Shown: piece by piece, positions 17,505 through 25,439 of the stretch
Position numbering within the stretch: the first letter of the stretch is position 1
Layout: every line of letters begins with the position of its first letter
Assembly (NCBI GenBank): GCA_964368385.1
Contig: CAYJAG010000001.1
Span: forward strand, 18,990 to 54,838
From: an uncultured Muribaculaceae bacterium
Lineage (GTDB): Bacteria; Pseudomonadota; Alphaproteobacteria; Rs-D84
Reading direction: 5' to 3'
Length of the DNA: 35,849 nucleotides
Position numbers and translations under genes: made by a program
Notes under the pieces: generated by a model
What the model was told of the DNA's origin: nothing
The model's database searches: none
Seen by the model: only the letters and a program-made list of their open reading frames with translations

Positions 17505-18104
17505 ATGAAAACTTTTGTAAATTCACTATCAGCCTTCAGAATTTTTGTGGCTTTCGCAATAATTCCGTTATTTTTGTTCCAAATGCACTGGATTGTGTTT
17601 ACTTTATTCACACTTGCAGCGCTCAGTGATTTCTTTGATGGATACCTGGCAAGGAAATACAACGTTACCAGCAAACTTGGCGGTGTGCTTGATCATATCG
17701 GCGACAAGCTGTTGGTTGTAAATTCTTTGATTATATTGGCGGTAATGATGCGCGTATGGTTCATCATGGTACCGGTTATCTTGATAATCGCACGCGAACT
17801 TTACGTCAGCGGCCTGCGCGAATTCATGGGAACACAGAAAGCAGAAATGCCTGTACCAAAAGCACGTTTTTCTGTTGGCAAAATTAAAACTGCCTTGCAG
17901 ATGATATCTGTTGGTGCGTTCTTTTTGCTTATCGCACTTGGCTCGACTATCACTCCTCCGATTACCAGTCAATCATTATTGTATGCTTTAATTGGTTTAC
18001 CTTATGTTTGTATCTGTGGTTTGTGGCTGACTTTAGCAGCAAGCCTGTGGTCCGCAACTACATACACATTGGACTTTAAAAAGAAAGTAAAGAACTTGAA
18101 ATAA
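17505..18104 (+). CDS. pgsA: CDP-alcohol phosphatidyltransferase (PgsA-like)
   Basis: DFFDGYLARK...SKLGGVLDHIGDK motif, ARELYVSGLRE and GKIKTALQM; SD AAGGAG and upstream TGCTATAAT. Confidence 0.88.
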   Translation: MKTFVNSLSAFRIFVAFAIIPLFLFQMHWIVFTLFTLAALSDFFDGYLARKYNVTSKLGGVLDHIGDKLLVVNSLIILAVMMRVWFIMVPVILIIARELYVSGLREFMGTQKAEMPVPKARFSVGKIKTALQMISVGAFFLLIALGSTITPPITSQSLLYALIGLPYVCICGLWLTLAASLWSATTYTLDFKKKVKNLK

Positions 18105-18117
18105 AAAATAGTTCTGA

Positions 18118-18151
18118 AAATAAAAATCCCGCATTGCGGGATTTTTTATTT
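18118..18151. terminator. Bidirectional terminator, copy 1 of an exact 34-bp direct repeat
   Basis: AAATAAAAATCCCGCATTGCGGGATTTTTTATTT, identical to 19569-19602. Confidence 0.88.
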
Positions 18152-18216
18152 CACGTTCTTAAAGTCGATGGCAGAACAATTAAAGCATACAATAATAATG
18201 TTGTGCCGATTATCAT
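18151..18216 (-). CDS. Possible 21-aa hydrophobic peptide MIIGTTLLLYALIVLPSTLRT
   Basis: ATG at 18216, TGA abutting the terminator, a minus-strand TATTAT overlapping the islet -10 box; contains 20 bp identical to pgsA; no SD. Confidence 0.3.
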   Translation of the reverse strand: MIIGTTLLLYALIVLPSTLRT

Positions 18217-18217
18217 A

Positions 18218-18246
18218 TTGCTTATACGCTGTTTATTTGATATAAT
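18218..18246 (+). promoter_or_regulatory. Promoter of the secreted-protein islet, near-leaderless
   Basis: TTGCTT (18218-18223), 17 bp, TGn-TATAAT (18241-18246), then 8 nt to ATG 18255. Confidence 0.65.
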
Positions 18247-18254
18247 ATGGCCGT

Positions 18255-18566
18255 ATGAGAATTTTAGCAACATTTTCTGCTTCTGCATGTATTTTTGCTG
18301 TATCCGCTCTTGCGGCTGATGGTGTTTTGGCGCAAAAACGTGCCCAATTATCAGAATTACAAAGAAAAAGCGAAACACTGGATAATAAAATACGCAGTTG
18401 CAATAAATCAAAAAATAGTTGGAAAGTTGCGACTGTCATTGGCAGTGTGGGTACGGCAGCAACCGCAACCGGGGCAGTAGTGCAAGCAGTTCAATTAAAT
18501 AAAGCAAAAAAAGCCGGGGATACAGAAAATACAACCGAAACCGCAAAAACAGAGAAGTCAAAATGA
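18255..18566 (+). CDS. Small secreted protein: signal peptide, coiled coil, Gly/Ala/Thr-rich hydrophobic helix
   Basis: Signal ending ALA-A; LSELQRKSETLDNKIRSC coiled coil; WKVATVIGSVGTAATATGAVV; ATGA overlap with the next gene. Confidence 0.72.
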   Translation: MRILATFSASACIFAVSALAADGVLAQKRAQLSELQRKSETLDNKIRSCNKSKNSWKVATVIGSVGTAATATGAVVQAVQLNKAKKAGDTENTTETAKTEKSK

Positions 18567-18925
18567 AATTATTTGCGGCAGTATTTTTGTTGTTCTGTAT
18601 TATCCCTGCGTATGCAGATTATGATATAGAAGAACAAATATTGGATGCCCAGATTGCAAAATTGGAAAAAGAAATTGAAACAAAATATAAAACTTTGGAA
18701 AAATGTGCGAAAGAAAATCATAATTATAAAATTGCGGGGGTTGCGACGCTGGCAGCGACTGGTGTTGGAATTTACGCAAATGTAAAATTGAATGAAAAAT
18801 TATTAAAGATTTCTGGTGGTGGCAGCGGTTCCGATGGAACTGGCGTTGACACGCGTAATCAAGAGCAAAAAAATTGTGATGCTTGTGATTTGTTACCAGA
18901 TATCGAGGGATGCCCGTGCCAATAA
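18563..18925 (+). CDS. Small secreted protein, apparent paralog of the upstream gene, with C-terminal CxxC...CxC
   Basis: Signal ending AYA-D; coiled coil; C-x6-YKIAGVATLAATGVGIYA; GGGSGS linker; NCDAC...GCPCQ. Confidence 0.75.
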   Translation: MKLFAAVFLLFCIIPAYADYDIEEQILDAQIAKLEKEIETKYKTLEKCAKENHNYKIAGVATLAATGVGIYANVKLNEKLLKISGGGSGSDGTGVDTRNQEQKNCDACDLLPDIEGCPCQ

Positions 18926-18953
18926 ATAAAACAACAAACCAAAAGGGAAAAAA

Positions 18954-19547
18954 ATGAAAACTAAAAATCTGATGATTGGCGGACTTATGATCGCCGCAAC
19001 CTGTATCGGAAGTGCATTTGCTGGACCAGATACAGATAAAATTAAACAAATATGTTTAGATAAAGAAGCAAAAACCGCTAGCGTTATATGGGTAGAAAAA
19101 GATAAAGCATGCATACCACATAGTCCATGCGATAAAGATAATTTGAAAAAATACGGTGCATATTGTTATAATGGATTTGAACATACAAATTTAGCATCGC
19201 GTACATTGGGAAATGCCGTGGTGCAAAAATATATGTCTGTAAAAAAGAATACAACATGTTCAACCATAACAAAAATTAACACATATATAGCAGAGCTTCC
19301 CGGATACGATGACTATATTAATTGTAAAACACCCGATGGTGGATTTATGCAATTTCAATTTGATGACTTGTCAGAAACAATAGATTCTACCTCAGGGGCT
19401 GGATTAGAGAAAGCATACTGTTTCTTAAATGGAATTGACGCAACACCAAATCCAGATAATGTTTCAGAAAAATGTATTGAAAATCTTTCAAGAGAAAAAG
19501 TTGAAGCATACTTTAATATAAAGTTTACAGACAGAGACAAACTTTAA
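18954..19547 (+). CDS. Cysteine-rich secreted hypothetical protein
   Basis: Signal peptide (GSAFA-G); 8 Cys in the mature part; AT-rich codons; SD AAGGG. Confidence 0.78.
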   Translation: MKTKNLMIGGLMIAATCIGSAFAGPDTDKIKQICLDKEAKTASVIWVEKDKACIPHSPCDKDNLKKYGAYCYNGFEHTNLASRTLGNAVVQKYMSVKKNTTCSTITKINTYIAELPGYDDYINCKTPDGGFMQFQFDDLSETIDSTSGAGLEKAYCFLNGIDATPNPDNVSEKCIENLSREKVEAYFNIKFTDRDKL

Positions 19548-19570
19548 TATAAAATTACAGACAGAGACAA
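19510..19570. repeat. Tandem 31/30-bp duplication across the stop codon of the Cys-rich gene
   Basis: ACTTTAATATAAAGTTTACAGACAGAGACAA (19510-19540) followed by ACTTTAATATAAAATTACAGACAGAGACAA (19541-19570). Confidence 0.85.
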
Positions 19571-19602
19571 ATAAAAATCCCGCATTGCGGGATTTTTTAT
19601 TT
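19569..19602. terminator. Bidirectional terminator, copy 2 of the exact 34-bp direct repeat
   Basis: Identical to 18118-18151; lies between convergent genes. Confidence 0.88.
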
Positions 19603-20182
19603 ACCTGAATTCATAAATGAATAATCTGTGGGGGTATTTTTCACGGCCATACATTGTTGCACCATTTGGTAAATCTATGGTTCTGACCGCATCTAAGCCC
19701 ATGACTGGCACATCCAGTGTTATCAGAACCCGAACCTTGGTTTTTAATTCAATCAATCGTGGATTTACACTGGGGCCCAAATAAGCAACCGCGATATCAA
19801 ATCCATCTGATTTTTTAATATACTCAAACGCATCACATAATATGGTTTTGGATTTAGTGCCGGTTATCATATCCATCATTTTTGAAATAAATGCTGAAAA
19901 CTGCATATTTTCAAATGCCCAAACCCGCACATTAAATTTATTCGCTATTTCGCGCGCCAACCCACCATATCCAGAACCAATATCACACGCGGTCTTTATA
20001 TTTGGATAATGCGTTTTAATTTCTTTTATTACAGCATTACGTAAATCTTTATTACTGGGGACAAATGGTATTTGGTGGCGAACAGAACAAATAATTCTTT
20101 CCAAATTATATAAAAATAAATAGACCATCCAGACACTGAGTATAAAAATTGCAATATAAACAAGAATTTTTATTATTTGCAT
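19601..20182 (-). CDS. Membrane-anchored class I SAM-dependent methyltransferase
   Basis: N-terminal TM helix, PFVPS, motif I DIGSGYGG, AFE motif II and DAF; start overlaps the dnaA stop. Confidence 0.8.
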   Translation of the reverse strand: MQIIKILVYIAIFILSVWMVYLFLYNLERIICSVRHQIPFVPSNKDLRNAVIKEIKTHYPNIKTACDIGSGYGGLAREIANKFNVRVWAFENMQFSAFISKMMDMITGTKSKTILCDAFEYIKKSDGFDIAVAYLGPSVNPRLIELKTKVRVLITLDVPVMGLDAVRTIDLPNGATMYGREKYPHRLFIYEFR

Positions 20183-21453
20183 TCATTTATCATCTGCTGG
20201 ATTTCGGCGTTCAGTATCAAGTCTGATTTACGCGCCGCATCAATTTGATTAATTCCGTATAAAATAGTTGCATGATCACGATCACCCATCAAACGACCAA
20301 TTTCAGATAAAGATAATTTTGTTGCAGATTTCAATGCCAATGACATTATCTGGCGCGACCGAACAATTCCGCGATTACGTGCAGGACTGGATACGGCATC
20401 GAACGATACCCCCATTTTATCGCACATAGCGCGAACCATCGCCAGCGGGGTTTTATTTTTTGATAAAGTATCTGCCAATAATGTTTCTGCTATTTCCTGG
20501 GTGACTTTTTCACCCATCAGTTCTTTATATGCTGTGATTTTCTTTGCGATGCCTGCGACCAAGTGCCCATCAGCCTGTGCGCGATCTGACAAAGAATTTG
20601 CAACATCCGCCGAAAGCCCCGCGCGCAACAGCATTGTGTGACGCACCATTTTATTTGGTGCAGCCAAATCCGCGGTCAGTCCGCTGGCCAGCACCGATTG
20701 TACGCGGCGATCAAAACCCGAAAGCGCACTGGGCGCGGCGTTCGATGTCAAAACCACACCAACACCATTACGCAACAAATCCAAAAGCAACGATAAAAAT
20801 TCATCCGTACATGCACGTTTCCCAGCCAATACCTGAACATCATCTAAAATAAACAAGTCGCAGTTGCGGCAGAAATCTTTAAAGGCAAAAACCGATTTTT
20901 CATTTATAGAGCGCAAAAATTCGGATACAAACTGGGCACCAGTCATCATCAAAGTGCGTCCGTGCGCAGCAGAATGAATGCAGCCCGCAAGCAAAGTCTT
21001 GCCCGCGCCAGCCGTGCCATAAATAAACAAAGGTGAAAAGCTGGCAGAACCCGAGGCTAATTTTTTTGCAGCCGATACTGCAAACGCATTTTCATCAGAT
21101 ACTATAAAGGAATCAAAGTCGCCGGTTACCGGCGCACCAGCATCAACTGGCTGAAATTTTGCAAACTTATTGTCATTCGCATTCAAGTTTATATTCTGGA
21201 GGGCGCGACCTGTTCCAAAAAACAAAACCAAACCAAATTCTGCTGCGACAGATTCAAGTATATTAATGTAAGTACGACGTATAAAATCAACTGAAAATTG
21301 ATTTTGTGCAACAATATCTAAATTATTTTCAGAAACACAAATTTTTAATGGGGCAATCCAAGACTCGTATGCTGTCTGGGGCATTTTTGCCGCTATGGCA
21401 TTTTTCACAGATTCCACATTTACTGAAATCTTTTTCTGCACCATTGCCTGCAT
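20173..21453 (-). CDS. dnaA: Chromosomal replication initiator DnaA with a divergent AAA+ domain
   Basis: Domain I (YESWIAPL...AQNQF), SPLFIYG/Walker A GAGKT, Walker B LFILDDVQ, domain IV RQI...SLSEIG...RDHATI; SD AAGGAGG. Confidence 0.88.
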   Translation of the reverse strand: MQAMVQKKISVNVESVKNAIAAKMPQTAYESWIAPLKICVSENNLDIVAQNQFSVDFIRRTYINILESVAAEFGLVLFFGTGRALQNINLNANDNKFAKFQPVDAGAPVTGDFDSFIVSDENAFAVSAAKKLASGSASFSPLFIYGTAGAGKTLLAGCIHSAAHGRTLMMTGAQFVSEFLRSINEKSVFAFKDFCRNCDLFILDDVQVLAGKRACTDEFLSLLLDLLRNGVGVVLTSNAAPSALSGFDRRVQSVLASGLTADLAAPNKMVRHTMLLRAGLSADVANSLSDRAQADGHLVAGIAKKITAYKELMGEKVTQEIAETLLADTLSKNKTPLAMVRAMCDKMGVSFDAVSSPARNRGIVRSRQIMSLALKSATKLSLSEIGRLMGDRDHATILYGINQIDAARKSDLILNAEIQQMINECK

Positions 21454-21631
21454 ACCAAGCCTCCTTTACTTCCTAGAAAGAAAGATGAATCTAACGATTG
21501 ATAATCTATATGATAAAAATGGAATAGCAAATTTTTTTAAGCGTTTTTTACAAAACTTTTTTCTTGCATCCGATTCGTTTTTTTGCCGGTTTTCTGCACC
21601 TTGTATAGACACTGTATTGACATGTGCAGTA

Positions 21632-22645
21632 TCAGAACTTTACATATCCTAAATCTGTTTTTTTAATTTTTCCGCCCAGTTCCAGCATTATTAATTCGCG
21701 TTTTATTTCCGATATATTTTTTTTGACAAGCTGCGTCAATACAGATTCGGAAACTGGAATTGTTCCTATTTTATCCAACAGCTCGCTTTCATTTTTTTCG
21801 CGTGGTTGTTTATTTTTATTTTTTTCATCAGATACGAAAAAATCATCCAATCCGGTGCATAAAATTGCCCTGCCCTGTTTAATCAACCGATTCGGTCCCA
21901 TTGCGCGGGTATCCGACGGATGCGACGGAATCGCGAACACCTGGCGCCCGAAAGAGCGCGCAAATTCTGCAGTTGCCATACTTCCTGATTTTGGATCAGC
22001 CTCGCCCAGTATTAATTTTTCAGAAATTCCGGCAATCCACCGATTGCGTTGTATAAAGTTACTTGGGATTGGCGCCATGCCCACGGGCATTTCACTAATT
22101 ACTGCGCCACGTTCTATTATGTAGTGATACAGCTTTTCATTTTCAAGGGGCCAAATGTTATCTGCCCCACCGGCCAGCACTGCAATGGTCACGGCATCAC
22201 CCGAAGTGCGCAAAGCACCCGTATGCGCCGCAGTGTCCGTGCCCATTGCCATTCCACTGACGACAACATTTCCATGCTCCGCAAAGGCCTGGGCCAGATC
22301 CGCCATAAACGACATTCCTGCAGCGGATGCATGTCTTGTTCCGACCATTGCGACACACGGCCGCGACAGCGCCGCCAAATTTCCACGTGCGGTCAAGACT
22401 GGGGGATGATTTTTTATTTCACGCAAAGCGGCCGGATAAATCGGATTATCATCGCAAATGTATTTTATACCCAAAGAATCGGCCATATCCATTTCCCGAC
22501 GAACCGAATCAATAAAAGCCTGGTCCACGCAAAGCGATTCGGATGCCGCAGCGACCGAACCAAATTTATGAATTAACCTGGCATATGCCACCGGCCCGAT
22601 GCCGGATGTACGAAGAATTAAAAGTTTATTAAAAAGCTCAGGCAT
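21632..22645 (-). CDS. dprA: DNA-processing protein DprA (Smf)
   Basis: GIGP SAM-like N-terminus, VAMVGTR, VVSGMAMGTDTAAH, VISEMP, FIQRNRWIAG and C-terminal winged helix. Confidence 0.95.
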   Translation of the reverse strand: MPELFNKLLILRTSGIGPVAYARLIHKFGSVAAASESLCVDQAFIDSVRREMDMADSLGIKYICDDNPIYPAALREIKNHPPVLTARGNLAALSRPCVAMVGTRHASAAGMSFMADLAQAFAEHGNVVVSGMAMGTDTAAHTGALRTSGDAVTIAVLAGGADNIWPLENEKLYHYIIERGAVISEMPVGMAPIPSNFIQRNRWIAGISEKLILGEADPKSGSMATAEFARSFGRQVFAIPSHPSDTRAMGPNRLIKQGRAILCTGLDDFFVSDEKNKNKQPREKNESELLDKIGTIPVSESVLTQLVKKNISEIKRELIMLELGGKIKKTDLGYVKF

Positions 22646-23288
22646 TTATTGCTATTACAATCCCTAATACCAACAAGCCGACAATAACCAGCGCGGCAAT
22701 CAGTTTTTTTGGATTCATCTGCATCTTTGATTCGGTGCCCGCAATCAGTCTTTTAATGTTTTCGCGATGCTGAAACATGCAAAGCGCTGCGATGGCTGTA
22801 AATATAATACCCATCTGGAAACTTGCGGCAAAGCCCAATAAAGGCATAACCAGGAATCCGACTATCGCACCCAAACTGGAATAGTGGGTAGTTGCTGCGA
22901 CCAACAGCCATTCAATCCCAACAACAACAAACATAACTGGATTCACAGCCAACAAAACACCAAACATACTGGCGTTTCCTTTACCGCCCCGAAATTTTAA
23001 CCAAATCGGAAAACAATGACCAAAGATTGCAATTAAACCGCACATCGCGCCAAATGCAGGCGATACAAAATGGGCGCCCAGCCATACTGCCGCTGCGGCC
23101 TTGGCCATATCCATGGCCCAAACGCCTACAAATCCGCCCAGTCCCAAAACGCGCGCCACATTGGTCGCGCCTGTGCCGCCACTGCCAGAATTTCTAATAT
23201 CACCATGCCCCAGTGCGCGTACCAGCAGCCATCCGAACGGGATACTGCCCAGTAAATATGAAACAACCAATAAAATTGCATAAATCAT
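22638..23288 (-). CDS. plsY: Glycerol-3-phosphate acyltransferase PlsY
   Basis: YLLGSIPFG, DIRNSGSGGTGATNVAR, GHCFPIWLKFRGGKG and HRENIKRL..GTE; extra C-terminal hydrophobic helix. Confidence 0.95.
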   Translation of the reverse strand: MIYAILLVVSYLLGSIPFGWLLVRALGHGDIRNSGSGGTGATNVARVLGLGGFVGVWAMDMAKAAAAVWLGAHFVSPAFGAMCGLIAIFGHCFPIWLKFRGGKGNASMFGVLLAVNPVMFVVVGIEWLLVAATTHYSSLGAIVGFLVMPLLGFAASFQMGIIFTAIAALCMFQHRENIKRLIAGTESKMQMNPKKLIAALVIVGLLVLGIVIAINA

Positions 23289-23352
23289 TTGCTTTTCCTT
23301 TGCCTAGCATGTAAAATAACGCAAAACGAAAGACAATAAAAGGAAATAATAA

Positions 23353-23613
23353 ATGGCAAATCACAAGTCATCAAAAAAACGGATTCTGATAACAGAAAAG
23401 AAAAACGCTGTAAATACCGCGCGCAGAACCCAAATTAAAACTTATACAAAAAAAGCTGTCAAAGCGATTGAAAGCGGTGACAAGACTGCAGCAGTTTCTG
23501 CAACTCGCACAGCGGAAAGCAAAATCATGAAAGCCGCTGGCAAAATTATGCCAAAGAAACGCGCTGCGCGTAAGGTTTCACGCCTGACAAAGAAAGCTAA
23601 TGCAATAAAATAA
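23353..23613 (+). CDS. rpsT: 30S ribosomal protein S20
   Basis: MANHKSSKKRI...AARKVSRL; 86 aa; SD AAGGA; TTGCTT-17 bp-TAAAAT upstream. Confidence 0.96.
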   Translation: MANHKSSKKRILITEKKNAVNTARRTQIKTYTKKAVKAIESGDKTAAVSATRTAESKIMKAAGKIMPKKRAARKVSRLTKKANAIK

Positions 23614-23632
23614 GATTATTCTTATAAAAAAC

Positions 23633-23657
23633 AAACCCCGCAATCGCGGGGTTTTTT
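23633..23657 (+). terminator. Intrinsic terminator after rpsT
   Basis: AAACCCCGC-AATC-GCGGGGTTTTTT. Confidence 0.85.
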
Positions 23658-23731
23658 ATATGAATAAATTCCCGGAGAAACATAACATCAAAACCTGATA
23701 GAATATGTATTAATCAATGGATGCATCTATG

Positions 23732-23760
23732 AAAAAATCGCCGACGCTGTGCGCCGGCGA
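23732..23760 (-). terminator. Intrinsic terminator after the secretin gene
   Basis: Minus strand reads TCGCCGGCGC-ACA-GCGTCGGCGA-TTTTTT. Confidence 0.75.
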
Positions 23761-23785
23761 ATAAATAATAAAGTAAATTAATCTA

Positions 23786-25348
23786 TTAATTCAATGGTGC
23801 GCCCCAATGCTGTTGAATATTTCTTTCCGCATCCATTGGGGAAACCAAAACCTGCGGCGTCAGTATAACTACCAAAACATCGCGTTGGCTGGTGGTATCA
23901 CGACTTCCAGATAAAGCCGTAAAGTCCGGATCGCCAATACCATAACGTGTATCATTATTGCTTTGACGTTCAAATCCCGACAGAACCAAAATCTGACCAG
24001 ATTCCATTATAACTTCTTGCATAAAGCTGCGTTCTTCAACTTCGGGCAACTGCAAAACCACTTCACCGATTCTTTCCGAGCGCATATTTATCAACTCGCG
24101 AATAGACATTCTGAACATCAGCAAAACCTTGCTGTTTTCCAAAACATTTGGTAGCAGCTGCATGGAAAATCCTGTTTCCAGATTTTCCTGATCAACTGTG
24201 CTGGATTCAACCGTTGTAAAGTTTCTGGATTCGAATCGTTTGATATATCCCATGCTTCGCGTGTTTGATACCGGAGCGATTCGATTGTTGCGAGTTGTTA
24301 CACCGACATTTGTAACCAAGGATACCTTGCCCTGGCGCGCAAGCGCGGTGATAAGCGCATTACTGCCCTGTATACTGCTAAGCGAACCGTTGGCCACGCC
24401 TCTGGCATTTGTTCCCAGAACCGCGATGCTCATCGAGCTTGAATCCGTCAGTCCCAGATTGTTTTTTGGATTTGCGGTAACGGTCAGTCCAGACGCCGCA
24501 TTTATCGCCGCTGTCAAGTTCAGACCGAATGCTGACGCATTTTGGATTGACACTTGTAAAACTTTTACATCAATCGTAATAAGTTGGGACAGACGTTTGT
24601 TTTGCTTTGTAATATAATCACCAACGCGCGACAAAACAGACGGAGGCGCTGTAACGGTTATGGTTCCCAATGCGCGCGAAACCGTAAATTTTGCATCACT
24701 GCTGGTGCCGACTATTGATTCCATAGTCTTTTCAATTTCTTCCCATTCGCGCAGGTTTGATTCCATGGACACTTGATTTCCATCATCCGTGCGGATTGAT
24801 GACTGATAGCTGACGTCTGTACCCAAAGCAAACAAAGTAAATGTTCTGGTTTCTGTCTCGTAAAAAACAACGTTGTTTTTGTCATAGTACCACAGCAAGT
24901 CCAAATCTGTTGCGATCTGATTAAGCAGTCCCGACAATTTGCCAGTGTATGAGACACCCATTGTGCGTTTTAGCTTTTCTGCATTTATCTGGTTGTCTAT
25001 CTTTACCGATATGCCAGTAATAGAATAAATGTTATTAGCCAAGACTTGCAGAGTTACCGGATCGCCCAGCATTATTGTCACACCGGTGTCATTCTCGAAT
25101 TCTTTTGGCAGATTATTTTTATGATCCAATACGGTGCTGGAGCTTCCCAACCAAACACCTTCGCTGGTTGAAATTGTATCTGTGGAAATTTTTGCCTTTG
25201 GATTCTTGGACATCTCAAAAGCGTCGTATGCATTAACAAAGTCCTGATCAACCGAAGATGCAACTTGCGCGGACTCTTTTTTAGTGCAACCAGAAAGCAC
25301 CGAAAGAACACAAAGCACAGAGCAAAGATGAAAGATTTTTAATTTCAT
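23786..25348 (-). CDS. Lipoprotein secretin of the type IVb pilus family (R64 PilN / TcpC / BfpB-like)
   Basis: Lipobox LSGC; YTGKLSGLLNQIA...LLWYY...ETRTF N-domain; GTITVTAPP..L.RV; secretin beta domain (QLITIDVKVLQV, TGFSMQLLP, SGQILVLSGF, LVVILTP). Confidence 0.85.
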   Translation of the reverse strand: MKLKIFHLCSVLCVLSVLSGCTKKESAQVASSVDQDFVNAYDAFEMSKNPKAKISTDTISTSEGVWLGSSSTVLDHKNNLPKEFENDTGVTIMLGDPVTLQVLANNIYSITGISVKIDNQINAEKLKRTMGVSYTGKLSGLLNQIATDLDLLWYYDKNNVVFYETETRTFTLFALGTDVSYQSSIRTDDGNQVSMESNLREWEEIEKTMESIVGTSSDAKFTVSRALGTITVTAPPSVLSRVGDYITKQNKRLSQLITIDVKVLQVSIQNASAFGLNLTAAINAASGLTVTANPKNNLGLTDSSSMSIAVLGTNARGVANGSLSSIQGSNALITALARQGKVSLVTNVGVTTRNNRIAPVSNTRSMGYIKRFESRNFTTVESSTVDQENLETGFSMQLLPNVLENSKVLLMFRMSIRELINMRSERIGEVVLQLPEVEERSFMQEVIMESGQILVLSGFERQSNNDTRYGIGDPDFTALSGSRDTTSQRDVLVVILTPQVLVSPMDAERNIQQHWGAPLN

Positions 25349-25439
25349 AGTTTTTTTCCCTCAACAAAAACTTGCGAGCGCGACGAACATTATATTTATT
25401 ATTATGTCCTGTGCTTTTGAAATCGTAAAGCGATTTCTT

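Noticed and set aside
18118-19602. Islet as a prophage, IS element or integron cassette array
   Set aside because: No integrase, transposase, terminal inverted repeats or attC-like GTTRRRY/RYYYAAC structure was seen; it is kept only as a repeat-bounded islet.
21401-21631. Possible oriC upstream of dnaA
   Set aside because: The gap is AT-rich, but I found only one relaxed DnaA box (TTTTTCACA, 21401-21409, inside the gene) and a couple of 2-mismatch sites; there is no box cluster.
25291-25417. Repeat-like CAAAGCACAG/CTGTGCTTT pair near the secretin start
   Set aside because: Only a 9-bp inverted match, and the repetitiveness is explained by Leu/Cys/Ser/Val codons of the signal peptide.
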